A stretch of DNA of 64,000 nucleotides from a virus (IMGVR_UViG_3300014874_000001:1-64000), one strand, 5' to 3'; positions 35,288 through 44,602 are shown, counted from the first letter of the stretch. The notes: generated from the letters alone by a model not told the origin. Numbers and translations are program-made.

Positions 35288-35638
35288 CTAGGGAAGCTCG
35301 ACTTGGGGTTCGCCAAGGCTCAAGCCCTCGACCTCGATGTATTCATCGTCTTCGGTAACGATAACGTCACCGTCCTCAGTAGCCAGAATAAACTTGAGCT
35401 CAGGCTCGGGCGTGTTCTCCAGCGGAGTGTCCGGCCGCGTGAAGGGAAGCGAGATGTTTTCGGTCTGCCGCGCGGGCAAGCGGTAGGGATCGAACTGGTC
35501 CATGTCGGCGAGACAGACGCGCAGGCCTGGAGTGTTCGGGTCGGGATGCAGGTCCTCGATCGAGAACTTCTCGTGGCACCGGTCGCAGATGCCGATGCCG
35601 TAAGTTGTGCGCCCTGTAGGGTCTAGCCACTCGCTCAT
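35288..35638 (-). CDS. Hypothetical protein (116 aa), CxxC ... C
   Basis: Track ORF. Confidence 0.5.
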   Translation of the reverse strand: MSEWLDPTGRTTYGIGICDRCHEKFSIEDLHPDPNTPGLRVCLADMDQFDPYRLPARQTENISLPFTRPDTPLENTPEPELKFILATEDGDVIVTEDDEYIEVEGLSLGEPQVELP

Positions 35639-35641
35639 AGG

Positions 35642-35854
35642 TCACGGAGGGCCGAATCCCGGGCCGTTCCTCTGATTCCAACCCCCGCACCAATCGCCAG
35701 AATCCACGATCGGCCACACGGCCTTCGGCGCGATGGGCTCTGTTCCGGGTGTGATGATGATCGCGGGGATTGGCGCGGCGATCCGGCATTCCAAATGACG
35801 AACGTTCGCGGGCTTGATCCCGTATCGACAGTTAAGACAGCTGTTGTTGCTCAT
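35642..35854 (-). CDS. Small Cys-rich protein (70 aa)
   Basis: Track ORF. CLNCRYG...C...C. Confidence 0.45.
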   Translation of the reverse strand: MSNNSCLNCRYGIKPANVRHLECRIAAPIPAIIITPGTEPIAPKAVWPIVDSGDWCGGWNQRNGPGFGPP

Positions 35855-36897
35855 CTCGTATAGACTCCAATGTTCGGAGTAAGCATCGTTGAACTAGTAT
35901 CGGATTCGCCATCCCACATGTCCTGCCAAGCTTTCTCGGCTAGGATCGGAAGGTTGACGTCGGGCTTCGCCTCCTTGTCCACTAGGGATAGGTCTAGACC
36001 GAGCATGAGCACCAGAGCATGGTAATCCTGCTGTCGGACCTGTATTTCCTGAACCATCGTTCCTACGTCTTCCACCTGGTACTGAAGATAGGCCACTAGG
36101 TTCCAGAACCGCGCGATCTCCCCCGGAGGATTCCAGAGAGTCACGATCTGCTGTACCCGTTGCTTATCGAGCCAGTACTGCGTCGGCTGTCCGAGCTGGA
36201 ACTTGTTCGGTAGAGTCGCGTAGTTGTCGAGATTCAACGGAGCCATATTGATCTCGGCGGGGTTATTCCCGAAGACCAACTCAGCTACGTTGAGAATAGT
36301 GCCGTCCGTGGCTTGGAGCCGAAGGAAGCTCCACTCCTCCATACCTTCAACATCGAACCAGATCCATTCAAGAGCGACGACAGCCTCGGCCGTGGCCGTG
36401 TAGAACGTCTCGAACGTAACGCCGTCGTTCGACCCCTGCATCGTATACGACCAGGTGCCTGAAGCTCCCGGGAGGATACCGAACATCGGAACGAAGGTTT
36501 CGTCGTCCAGCTCCAACTGGATCCAGCCATTAGCGAGCGTAATACAGTCGGTGTCAAAATCCCCGTCGAACGCATTCTCGGCGGTACCGGCGGACGACGA
36601 AGCCGAACCCTCAAGCCGATTCAGACGCCGGAGATTGATCTCCATGATGTCCACTGCGCCGACGGGGAGTGGAACCGACTGTTGAGCGACGTAGAGCGGC
36701 AGGATCGTCTTTTCGATACACCAGAGGGGAATGCCCCGGTTGGCCATCGCTGAAAGACGCATGAACAGCCAGTCGTTGGCGATCTCGATTCGCTCAGCAC
36801 TTATTTCCTGGCGAGCGATCTTGTTGACGCCGTACGCGTTGTCTATGACCTTACGGGTCGTGAACCGGGTAAGACCGACTGTCCCAGACGTAGCCAT
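35851..36897 (-). CDS. Virion structural protein with discoidin/galactose-binding-like insertion
   Basis: AENAFDGDFDTDCITLANGWIQLELD resembles the F5/8-type-C opening motif. The flanks look like an adaptor/tail protein. Confidence 0.5.
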   Translation of the reverse strand: MATSGTVGLTRFTTRKVIDNAYGVNKIARQEISAERIEIANDWLFMRLSAMANRGIPLWCIEKTILPLYVAQQSVPLPVGAVDIMEINLRRLNRLEGSASSSAGTAENAFDGDFDTDCITLANGWIQLELDDETFVPMFGILPGASGTWSYTMQGSNDGVTFETFYTATAEAVVALEWIWFDVEGMEEWSFLRLQATDGTILNVAELVFGNNPAEINMAPLNLDNYATLPNKFQLGQPTQYWLDKQRVQQIVTLWNPPGEIARFWNLVAYLQYQVEDVGTMVQEIQVRQQDYHALVLMLGLDLSLVDKEAKPDVNLPILAEKAWQDMWDGESDTSSTMLTPNIGVYTR

Positions 36898-36966
36898 GTT
36901 CGCTCCTGAAACATTGGTCTACTTGGAACAGCCGACCAGAGAGTTGAAAGTGCCGCCTACTCGAAA

Positions 36967-37461
36967 TTAGCAGCCCTTGAGTCCCTTGTGACCCTTCGGG
37001 GCTGGAGTATTGATATGTTTCTTCATCGTGGAGTCCATCATCTTCCGGTCTTGGGCGACATCACCACCCTTGGCGTAGCCTTTCCGATGGGCAGCCTTCT
37101 CTCCCATCCGATGTTCCTTTCGCTCCATCCGAGCCGACTCCCCGCGTTCATGAGCCGCGGTCTCACCCTTCTCTGGCTTACCCACCTTCCTGACCTTGCC
37201 CCCCTTCTTCAGGCCCAGTTCCTTCTCTGCCTTCTTGCGGGCATCGCCCTTGAGAAATCCAATGGTGGATTCCTTATCGGGCTCCTTGGGCGGGGGTTTC
37301 GGCTCCTCCTTCTTGGGTTCCTTGTCGACTCGGCCACCCTCCTGAAACCGGCGCCGCTCGTGAGGGCGAACCGAAATCCGGGGGCTGTCATGTGCTGAAC
37401 CCGTAAAGCCGAAGCTTGACGGGAACTCGAAGTCTTTGACGTACTTGGGACCGCCGCTCAT
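36967..37461 (-). CDS. Basic Lys/Glu-rich protein with three (E/K)GG(R/K/D)V motifs
   Basis: FQEGGRVDKE, LKKGGKVRKVG, YAKGGDVAQD. Confidence 0.55.
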   Translation of the reverse strand: MSGGPKYVKDFEFPSSFGFTGSAHDSPRISVRPHERRRFQEGGRVDKEPKKEEPKPPPKEPDKESTIGFLKGDARKKAEKELGLKKGGKVRKVGKPEKGETAAHERGESARMERKEHRMGEKAAHRKGYAKGGDVAQDRKMMDSTMKKHINTPAPKGHKGLKGC

Positions 37462-39050
37462 TAGAGTCCTCCCGGTAGCCGACTGGCTATCGTCTGTTTG
37501 GATACGTAGAGATCCACATCGAAATCACGAGCTGTAGTACCCGCCGTTTTCTCGACGCTGATATGGCCGCCCATGTTTGCGGTAGGTATGTTCGTAGAAT
37601 GCGTCGCAACCTGAACTCCGTCGATGTAAAGAGTGACGGTAGCAGTCGTAGCGATAATGGTCATCTGGTACCAGGTTGTGGCGGACGGCCCGGTAGATGC
37701 CGCCGTGCTCGTAGAGCTACCCCCGGACACCGAACTTTTCAGATTCCATCGAACCGCAGAACCGTTCCAGATAACCTGTCCGAGGACGAGGTTGTCAGTG
37801 GTGCTTTGAAGGGCGAGTCTCGCGAGACCGCAGCTCGCGACATACGTCTGAGTCCCGTCCGGAAGCACTGGAATCCAGACTACACAGTCGACACGCGTTT
37901 CGTTCGTCGCGTGTAAGATGTAGTTAGGTGAGCCCGGGTTCGCGTTTAGGCCGTTGGACAGGACCATACCGGCGTTGTCGGTAGTACCCGTTCCCGTATT
38001 GACCCGAACCACTCCGGGATGTCCGGCGAGAATGGTACTGCTCGTGACGAGTTCGATATCGCCGACGCCGCCGACCGCCGGAGTCCAGTTACCAACCGGA
38101 TCGGTCGTCAGAGTGCCGTCCGCGACTCCCTGGATGAAGTAGAAATCATCGACGAACTGTGCAGTCGTCGCGAGCGACGATCCCGCTGCAAATGGTCCGA
38201 CCGTCGCGCCGTTTATGCGAGAGAACATACCGGAGGTCGTCGTCCATACGTCCCCGTTCACGGGAGACGACGGAGCCGATCCGTGCGGAAGGTTCAGACC
38301 GGCGATCGTGGTCGTCGAAGCCGGAGTGAGTACCTGCCCTGTGAACGTCGCAATTCCGTCCTGTCCTAGCGTCAGCCGAAGCGTCGGTGTGAAGGCTCCG
38401 TCCGCCGTCGTGGCAAACTGTATGTTCCCCGGCATGTCGTTCGAGCCGGGGGTGCCGTTGACGTTGAACAGCATGTACCCGCCGAGCTCATAGTCCGTTC
38501 CGTCGTACCCGACCGCCGATAGCGCGAGCAGATTGTCGTTGTTCGCGACGACAGTCGGTGCGGCGTTGGTTCCGCGTGAACGTGCTCCGTAGAAGGCCGG
38601 TCCGTTGGTCGCCGAGTGTGTGTGCGACTCGAAGATCGCCTGCGTGTCGCTGTTGTTCTGGATCTGCGAAGTGATGGTAGATCCATGAACCACCATCACG
38701 TCCGCGACTCCGACGTTCAGCGTCGGACTGACCCACGTCAGCAACGAGCTAGCGCCGAAGGCTCCGGAGTCGTTGAATTGAAGCTGTGTATTCGATCCAG
38801 CCGGAGTCCCGCTGCCTGCGGCCTGGAAGGTCGGCGATAGCGCGGCTCCTCGCGATGTCAGTACGAAGCCGTTGGTACCGGGTCCGGTACCCCCGAACGT
38901 ACCGTTGGCCGCTTTGTACTGCGTAGCGAACGTAGAGCCGCCGGGCGATCCACCGCCATCCGGCCCGGGTCCGTCCTGTGCGCCAGCCCAATAGAGGCCG
39001 CCGAAGAGAAGACCACCGACCAGGGCAGGAAGAACGTAGCGAAATTTCAT
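37461..39050 (-). CDS. Tail fibre paralog B (529 aa) with signal-peptide-like N-terminus and lectin/LamG-like C-terminus
   Basis: ATG 39050 (TAATG overlap). MKFRYVLPALVGGLLFGGLYWAGAQ. LNLPHGSAPSSPVNGDVWTTTSGMFSRINGATVGPF. C-terminus TWYQMTIIATTATVTLYIDGVQV. Confidence 0.65.
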   Translation of the reverse strand: MKFRYVLPALVGGLLFGGLYWAGAQDGPGPDGGGSPGGSTFATQYKAANGTFGGTGPGTNGFVLTSRGAALSPTFQAAGSGTPAGSNTQLQFNDSGAFGASSLLTWVSPTLNVGVADVMVVHGSTITSQIQNNSDTQAIFESHTHSATNGPAFYGARSRGTNAAPTVVANNDNLLALSAVGYDGTDYELGGYMLFNVNGTPGSNDMPGNIQFATTADGAFTPTLRLTLGQDGIATFTGQVLTPASTTTIAGLNLPHGSAPSSPVNGDVWTTTSGMFSRINGATVGPFAAGSSLATTAQFVDDFYFIQGVADGTLTTDPVGNWTPAVGGVGDIELVTSSTILAGHPGVVRVNTGTGTTDNAGMVLSNGLNANPGSPNYILHATNETRVDCVVWIPVLPDGTQTYVASCGLARLALQSTTDNLVLGQVIWNGSAVRWNLKSSVSGGSSTSTAASTGPSATTWYQMTIIATTATVTLYIDGVQVATHSTNIPTANMGGHISVEKTAGTTARDFDVDLYVSKQTIASRLPGGL

Positions 39051-39745
39051 TACTGTATCCCCTGTTGGAGAACCTGTAGCTCGACGTTGCCAACGCCCGA
39101 GTTCGTAACGATACGAACGGCCCTGACGGGCTCGGTGAGGATGCCTTTCGAGTCGGCGGCCTGTGCCGTCATCGTCGAATGGTCCCACCACTTAATCAGG
39201 TCGGGGCGTCCGGCCGAATAACCAGTCATGAACTGCGTCTGATTCGTGTCCATGTTGTACGAGTCGAAGACGTTGTCCCCCGTGAACTGAACCGTATAGT
39301 CGGCCGCACCCGAGCGGATCACGGCATAGAGCGTCACAGAGAGGTCCGTATTCATTTGGTCCAAGGGGATCGGGACCGAAGCCCCCACGCCGTTCGTACC
39401 GACCGAAACGGTCACTCCCGCGCCGCTGGCGGCCGAGGCCGTGATCGAAGTGACTGTCTTGTAGTCGAGGACCGACTGGACCACGACATTGTTTCCACCG
39501 ACGATGGCCTCGGTGATCGCGTGTCCTTGGTCGTCGGTTCCGACGATCGTAAATGTGATAGCCGACAGGTTGTCGCCTGCGCCGGGTGTAAAGATCACCT
39601 TGCGCTGAGCACCCAGCTGAGCGACCCCGGAAACGACGAGCGCCCCGTCGAGTGCCAGCGCGCCGAGCGGAACCTGAGCATCGAGTGAAATGCCGTCCGC
39701 GTCCGCCGCGACGGCCAGCGAGCGCTGTATGTAAATGGGTCGCAT
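39050..39745 (-). CDS. Structural protein (231 aa)
   Basis: ATG 39745 after AGGAGA. The track ORF extension to 40096 was rejected. Confidence 0.5.
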   Translation of the reverse strand: MRPIYIQRSLAVAADADGISLDAQVPLGALALDGALVVSGVAQLGAQRKVIFTPGAGDNLSAITFTIVGTDDQGHAITEAIVGGNNVVVQSVLDYKTVTSITASAASGAGVTVSVGTNGVGASVPIPLDQMNTDLSVTLYAVIRSGAADYTVQFTGDNVFDSYNMDTNQTQFMTGYSAGRPDLIKWWDHSTMTAQAADSKGILTEPVRAVRIVTNSGVGNVELQVLQQGIQ

Positions 39746-39760
39746 TAGTTTCTCCTGAGA

Positions 39761-39786
39761 GGGAGTGGCCCCGAAAGGCCACCCCC
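39761..39786 (-). other. Stable GC hairpin between the beta-helix gene and the next gene
   Basis: gggagtggcc / ggccaccccc (10 bp, 1 mismatch) with a 6-nt loop. No clear U-run. Confidence 0.4.
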
Positions 39787-39804
39787 GTACCGCACAGAGA
39801 CCAG

Positions 39805-40776
39805 TTAGGCTGGATCGGCCTTGGTGAGGATCGTCGCCACGTCGGCGTAGTTCCCCCACCACTCGTCGTTCGCGTTGGCGGCAAAGTACCCACCTGCGTT
39901 CGAGTAGGCTCCTGATAGGAAGTTCAGCGTGACCTTGTTGAGGCCAGTGCCTCCGCGCAAATCGATACCACCCGATGATCCCGCTGCCGTGAACGTCCCG
40001 ATCACGTTCCGCACGATATTGAAGTTTCGCGCGGCCATGGTGATCTGGTTCGTATTCGGCCCGAAGAGATTGTCGTGGATATCCCACTGATTGCACTCGA
40101 TCGCCGCCCGCATCGCGAAGGTCATGTTGTCGAACTGCGAGAAGCCGACTTCCACGTTGTACGGAATCTCCGTGAAGGAGCCCGCGACACCGCCGCGAAT
40201 GCCGACACCTGCGCCGCTGAACCGCATGCCGAGGAACTGCGCGTGAGAAGCGTCCCGTTCCAAGTCACCCGCGCCTGCGTTACGAACGATTTCAACGCAA
40301 GCCGCATTCGTGTCGACCGCAGTGAACAGGAAGTTCGTAAACCTCCAGCCCTGCTGAAGAACGCGAAGGCTCGCCGTTGCCGCCGTCAGACCCGTCGCAG
40401 CCCACTGAGAAGCGGCGTATTGGCCGCCTACCGGGGTCGCGTCCGCATGTCGCGGGCGGTTGCCGAGACCGTTGATCCAGACATCGAAGACGTTGACCGG
40501 GGTCGTGAGTTGCTCGACGAGCTTCCCCCGGAAGTTAACAACGTCACCGGACTTGAGACGAAGGAACGCTGCGCCCATGGTTGACAGCGGGGACTGCGGC
40601 GAGTTGCCGTCGTTCCCATCGCCACCGTAGACCGTATCCACGAACCAGGTATTCCCGATGATGCTCGTAGCACCAAGGTTCAAACCCGGAGCGCTTGCAG
40701 CGACCCTTCCTGCGCCACCCCCGTAGATTGGGATGCCGAACGACGTCACGCCGTTCGGGAAGTTGGTCGTAGTCAT
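39805..40776 (-). CDS. Right-handed beta-helix (pectate-lyase-like) protein
   Basis: ATG 40776 after GGAGAG. Repetitive ...GAGVGIRGG...NVEVGFSQFDNMTFA...NFNIVRNVIG...GIDLRGG turns typical of parallel beta-helix proteins. Confidence 0.55.
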   Translation of the reverse strand: MTTTNFPNGVTSFGIPIYGGGAGRVAASAPGLNLGATSIIGNTWFVDTVYGGDGNDGNSPQSPLSTMGAAFLRLKSGDVVNFRGKLVEQLTTPVNVFDVWINGLGNRPRHADATPVGGQYAASQWAATGLTAATASLRVLQQGWRFTNFLFTAVDTNAACVEIVRNAGAGDLERDASHAQFLGMRFSGAGVGIRGGVAGSFTEIPYNVEVGFSQFDNMTFAMRAAIECNQWDIHDNLFGPNTNQITMAARNFNIVRNVIGTFTAAGSSGGIDLRGGTGLNKVTLNFLSGAYSNAGGYFAANANDEWWGNYADVATILTKADPA

Positions 40777-40792
40777 GATGCTCTCCTGTATG

Positions 40793-40823
40793 TGAAGGAA
40801 ACGGGGAGTGTCAGTCCTCCCCG
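40793..40823 (-). terminator. Rho-independent terminator/attenuator after the major capsid gene
   Basis: On the - strand: cggggag, 8-nt loop, ctccccg, then tttccttc. Confidence 0.65.
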
Positions 40824-40828
40824 AACCC

Positions 40829-41746
40829 TTAGAGACCCGGGGTGCCCCAGTTGTCGCGAGGATCGGTCCAGCCCGGAATGTAACGCTCCGTGCTCTTGTA
40901 GCGCATCGAGTCGGTCTCGAAGTCGCCTTCCATCGCCTTCTGGAGTCCACGGCGCATCATGAGTTGAACGCCGACCTGAACGTTGCTGTTCTGAATCCAC
41001 CACGCCGTTGTCGACGTAATACGACTCAAAGTCGCGACGCCCTTCGCCAACAGATTCATCGAAACGATCGGGTTGATGTCGTTGTTCGCCGCACCCGTTC
41101 GTAGAACCGACTTGACGATCACCTCCGCCTGCATCATGTTGCTGGGAGAAACGATGAACTGCGACGGCTCCAACCGAATCTTCTTGCCGTTGTTATCCAC
41201 GGCCGAGCGGATTTGGATGAGCATCTGTTCGGCCGAGGTCTGACTCAATGCCGCCGCCGTCGTCAACAGGTTCGAGAACGAACCATTGGCGATAGGGTGC
41301 GCGGAGTCGTTCATCGGCTCGCCGTCGCCGCCCGGGAAGGACGTGTTGAACGCGCGGTTGAAGATCTGCGCGACCAACGTCTCCTTCGTCTCGATCATCG
41401 ACTGGGCCAAGTGCGTCGAGTAAATCTTGCCGATGGAGATGTGATCTCCGTCCTCGACCAAGATTCGCGTCAACGCGAAAGCGAGACCGAACACGCGGTA
41501 GATGTAGCGCTGTCGGAACAGCTCTCCACCTTGACCGTACGTGACCGGGTCGCCATCGGGGACCTCGGGGGCTGCGTTGAAGCCGTACAGGACCGGTTCC
41601 TCGTGATAGGAACGCTTGATGCCCTGTCGCTCCTTAGCGACACGCTTCCACTCGTCCTTCCGTTGCTCGTAAATACCGTCGAACACCTCGTTGAGGATGG
41701 GCTCGACTACCGACCGGAAGTCGGTACTGCGCATTGGATTTGCCAT
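40829..41746 (-). CDS. Major capsid protein (HK97-fold type)
   Basis: 305 aa. Lies after the scaffold and decoration-like genes and is followed by a terminator. Composition is typical of HK97-like coat proteins. Confidence 0.75.
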   Translation of the reverse strand: MANPMRSTDFRSVVEPILNEVFDGIYEQRKDEWKRVAKERQGIKRSYHEEPVLYGFNAAPEVPDGDPVTYGQGGELFRQRYIYRVFGLAFALTRILVEDGDHISIGKIYSTHLAQSMIETKETLVAQIFNRAFNTSFPGGDGEPMNDSAHPIANGSFSNLLTTAAALSQTSAEQMLIQIRSAVDNNGKKIRLEPSQFIVSPSNMMQAEVIVKSVLRTGAANNDINPIVSMNLLAKGVATLSRITSTTAWWIQNSNVQVGVQLMMRRGLQKAMEGDFETDSMRYKSTERYIPGWTDPRDNWGTPGL

Positions 41747-41767
41747 GTGTGGTTACCTCCTTCCTGG

Positions 41768-42334
41768 TTAAACCGACGCGATGTCGGCGGTGTACTGGTG
41801 TTGCGAGAACTGGACGAGCACGATCGGGTATGTATCGCCCCAATCGTTGTCGGGTCCCGGATTCAGGCCGATGACGCGGAGTCCCGCGTTGGCCGCTGCC
41901 GAGGCGACATCCAGAGCGACGGACGACAGTCCGGTGACGGAGTTACCCGCGAGGGCCGTCCAGTCGTACTGTTGACCAATTGCGGCGCGCGTGAGCGTCG
42001 CATTCGCTTGGATCTCGTATACCAGGCCGGGTTGATCGATCGTCCAGTATGCCCGCATGTTCGAGGGTGTACCGAGAGTCGTGGAAGCAACCCACCGATT
42101 GACGAGGTGGTGATACCCGAGGGCATCCGTATACTCGACGCCTTGAAAGACGCCGAGCGCCCTATCGCCCGCCGCAGCTGCCACCAGAAATCCGTTCGCG
42201 TCCACCGCGACCGGGCCGTTCTGATAGACTGCTGTTGCGTAGCCTGAATCGATAGCCGCCAGCGGGCCAGGACGGACAATGCCGACCGTGGAAAACACTG
42301 GACGGATACCGAAGGGTGCTGCGACTGAAGACAT
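41768..42334 (-). CDS. Head decoration-like protein
   Basis: 188 aa, beta-rich, immediately upstream of the capsid gene. Function is inferred from position only. Confidence 0.4.
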   Translation of the reverse strand: MSSVAAPFGIRPVFSTVGIVRPGPLAAIDSGYATAVYQNGPVAVDANGFLVAAAAGDRALGVFQGVEYTDALGYHHLVNRWVASTTLGTPSNMRAYWTIDQPGLVYEIQANATLTRAAIGQQYDWTALAGNSVTGLSSVALDVASAAANAGLRVIGLNPGPDNDWGDTYPIVLVQFSQHQYTADIASV

Positions 42335-42366
42335 TCGCCTTACTCCTTGGTGAAGCTAGTACGCCG

Positions 42367-42933
42367 TCACCGCTCCCCGTACATCTTACGAAATTTGGGG
42401 GCGGGACGGTCCGTGACGATGTCTTCCGTACCATCCGCTACGTCGATGCGTATGCGCTTCCGACCACCAGCTCGCCTCGCCATTGCCTCTTTCATTTCGT
42501 CAAGGGCGTTGCTGAGCTTCTGCTCCTCTTCGAGGGGGGCCTGGTGATGGTTGTGCTCCATATACATCTGAAAAAGCCGAAGGGGCAGTTTGAAGGCAAC
42601 CATCTCATTCACCGCGATCAGATTGCCGTAGTCGGCGCTCTTGGTCGAGAGTGACTCGAATCCGGGTGCCTCGGCCGGGCGAATCGGCTCGTAGCCGAGT
42701 CTAACCCGTGATGCGAGGGTGTCGCCGCGATTCTGCGTGGTCAGCCAGATAACATGGTACCCCTTGATGGGCGGTAGGTCCGGAAGAATCGACTGATGCA
42801 TGGACCTGCGAAACTCGTCCAGTCTTTCCTGGTCGTCGAGTACACGACTGTCCGCCGCCCTTGTTCCATCCAGGCTACGATCTCGCCGTACTTTGCTTCC
42901 CAGTCTCGCGTCTTTCAGTAATTTGCGTGCCAT
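42367..42933 (-). CDS. Hypothetical head-module protein
   Basis: Track ORF. Confidence 0.5.
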   Translation of the reverse strand: MARKLLKDARLGSKVRRDRSLDGTRAADSRVLDDQERLDEFRRSMHQSILPDLPPIKGYHVIWLTTQNRGDTLASRVRLGYEPIRPAEAPGFESLSTKSADYGNLIAVNEMVAFKLPLRLFQMYMEHNHHQAPLEEEQKLSNALDEMKEAMARRAGGRKRIRIDVADGTEDIVTDRPAPKFRKMYGER

Positions 42934-42959
42934 TAGAGGCTCCTGCTAAGAAATCGTTG

Positions 42960-44099
42960 TTACTTGTAAAGGTGGGCGTTTTCCCGATCCCACTCGCGAT
43001 AACGCTTCAAGTGCTTCTCGCGTTGTACTGGATCGTCCCACACCCCAGCCTCTTTCAGCGCTTCAATGCGTTCACGGCTGAGGTACACTTCATTTCCTTT
43101 GAGGTCACGACCAGGACCGCCTGTCCTGAATTTCGGACCTCCATTACCCGCGCGGACAGTATGGTCCTTCCGCTTCTTCTTGGGTGGACGACGATCTTCA
43201 TCCTCGTCCTCGTCATCATCGTCGACATCCTCATCCTCCCTGTCGTGGCCATTCTTCGCTTTCTTCTTGGCACGGTGGGGGAGAGCCTTCGCGATGCGCT
43301 TGTTCAGCTCATTCCAGTACTCGTCCGTAGCGGGGTCGAACCCCTCCTGCCAGAGCGAGTCGTCAATCGCGCCCGCGATCTTTGAGTCGTAATCGCCGCG
43401 CCCGAAATCAAACCAGTCGTTGTTTTTAGCGAAGTTCTGGGCCCGAACGACCACTTGCGGGTTCGGAGGTTGACGCTCCTCCTGCTCAGGCTCCTTGGAA
43501 GCTTCCTTATGTACCTCTTCCAGGTCCTTGACTCGATCCCGTAGCTGATCGCGAATCCGCGTCGCTTCGGCCAGTTCGTCGCCCTTCGAGTTGGTGACGG
43601 CCTCGGCCATGACGCTCTCGGCCTTACGGATAAGCGCCTTGTTGTTCGCAATCTCCTTTTCCAGGGTTTGCTTCTCGGTCGAGTCCTGCCGCTTCGCCAG
43701 GTCCTGAACCTGCTTTTCGAGCTTCTCGTTGCGGAGCTGGTAGAAGCGGTTCTCGTTGCGGAGTTTTTGTTCCGCCTCTTTACGCTTCTGTCGCCGGGAC
43801 TTGTGAGTGGCCCGCTCCTGTTTCTTGGCCTCTTCCTCGGCTTCGGTCTCCTCAGAGGCACCTAGACGCTTGTCCTCGGTGTCCTCGTCTTCGTCCTTGT
43901 CCTCCTGTTCCTTGGCAGCGGCCTTCTTGTCTTCGTCATCGTCATCCTCACCCTCAAAAGCTCCCTTCGCTTTCTTAGGCGGTAGATCGTCCTCCCGATC
44001 TTCGCGTTCGCTGGGCGCGTCGACATCCAGGTTCTTCGCATCATCGGTTACGATGACGAGACCTTCGTCCTTGCCGTCTTCTTCTTTATCTTTTGCCAT
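42960..44099 (-). CDS. Scaffolding protein
   Basis: 379 aa, highly charged with a long coiled-coil region (KQVQDLAKRQDSTEKQTLEKEIANNKALIRKAE), between portal and capsid. Confidence 0.65.
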   Translation of the reverse strand: MAKDKEEDGKDEGLVIVTDDAKNLDVDAPSEREDREDDLPPKKAKGAFEGEDDDDEDKKAAAKEQEDKDEDEDTEDKRLGASEETEAEEEAKKQERATHKSRRQKRKEAEQKLRNENRFYQLRNEKLEKQVQDLAKRQDSTEKQTLEKEIANNKALIRKAESVMAEAVTNSKGDELAEATRIRDQLRDRVKDLEEVHKEASKEPEQEERQPPNPQVVVRAQNFAKNNDWFDFGRGDYDSKIAGAIDDSLWQEGFDPATDEYWNELNKRIAKALPHRAKKKAKNGHDREDEDVDDDDEDEDEDRRPPKKKRKDHTVRAGNGGPKFRTGGPGRDLKGNEVYLSRERIEALKEAGVWDDPVQREKHLKRYREWDRENAHLYK

Positions 44100-44122
44100 G
44101 CCTGTTTACCTCGGGTTACACA

Positions 44123-44602
44123 TCACTCAAGATAGGCAACCATCTCTAACGGGTCGCCTTCGATTTCTCCCGCCAAATCCACGTCGCGGAACGTTGCGAA
44201 CAAGGCGGGGTCTGGAGAGTTGGGTACCCTGACATGCCATCGATCGCCGCCGTACATCGGGCAACGAATAAACATGCCGACCTTTACCCAAGCTCCCTCT
44301 TTCCAGGGTTCCAGGGTGTCTCGGTTACAAAATGCCACGGGGCCGATTGCGATGACTTTCGCGACTTGAGTGTTCCACTTCTCAATCTCGCGGGACTCCT
44401 GTGGAAGGAAGAATCCCGTTTTCGTGCGGGTCATCGGCGTCCTGATCTGAACGATGACTCGATCCCCGAAGGGCTTGAGTCCCGCCGGAACGTTGGGGAA
44501 GGCATCGTCAAGCGAGCCATAATCCCAACCCCTAGCGTCGTCCGGAACGCTTTTCAGCTTGGACAGATCCGATGGAAGAACCGCCTTACTAGTTTTCGTC
44601 AT
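44123..44602 (-). CDS. GroES/Cpn10-like co-chaperonin with N-terminal extension
   Basis: LKPFGDRVIVQIRTPMTRTKTGFFLPQES...NTQVAKVIAIGP...WVKVGMFIRCPMYGG...RDVDLAGEIE aligns with GroES (PL.DRVIV...GGI.LP.S...G.V.AVG.G...VKVGD.V.F..Y.G...DILA). Confidence 0.65.
   Translation of the reverse strand: MTKTSKAVLPSDLSKLKSVPDDARGWDYGSLDDAFPNVPAGLKPFGDRVIVQIRTPMTRTKTGFFLPQESREIEKWNTQVAKVIAIGPVAFCNRDTLEPWKEGAWVKVGMFIRCPMYGGDRWHVRVPNSPDPALFATFRDVDLAGEIEGDPLEMVAYLE

Noticed and set aside
28878-39050. Diversity-generating retroelement acting on the lectin-like fibre C-termini.
   Set aside because: There is no reverse-transcriptase ORF anywhere in the window, and I found no template/variable nucleotide repeat pair near the fibre 3' ends.
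39192-42247. Long ORFs 39192..39893(-), 39179..39688(+), 40075..40584(+) and 41213..42247(+).
   Set aside because: They are off-frame or antisense to well-supported structural genes. They have an Arg/Gly/Pro-rich composition typical of spurious open frames in GC-rich DNA, and they lack RBSs.
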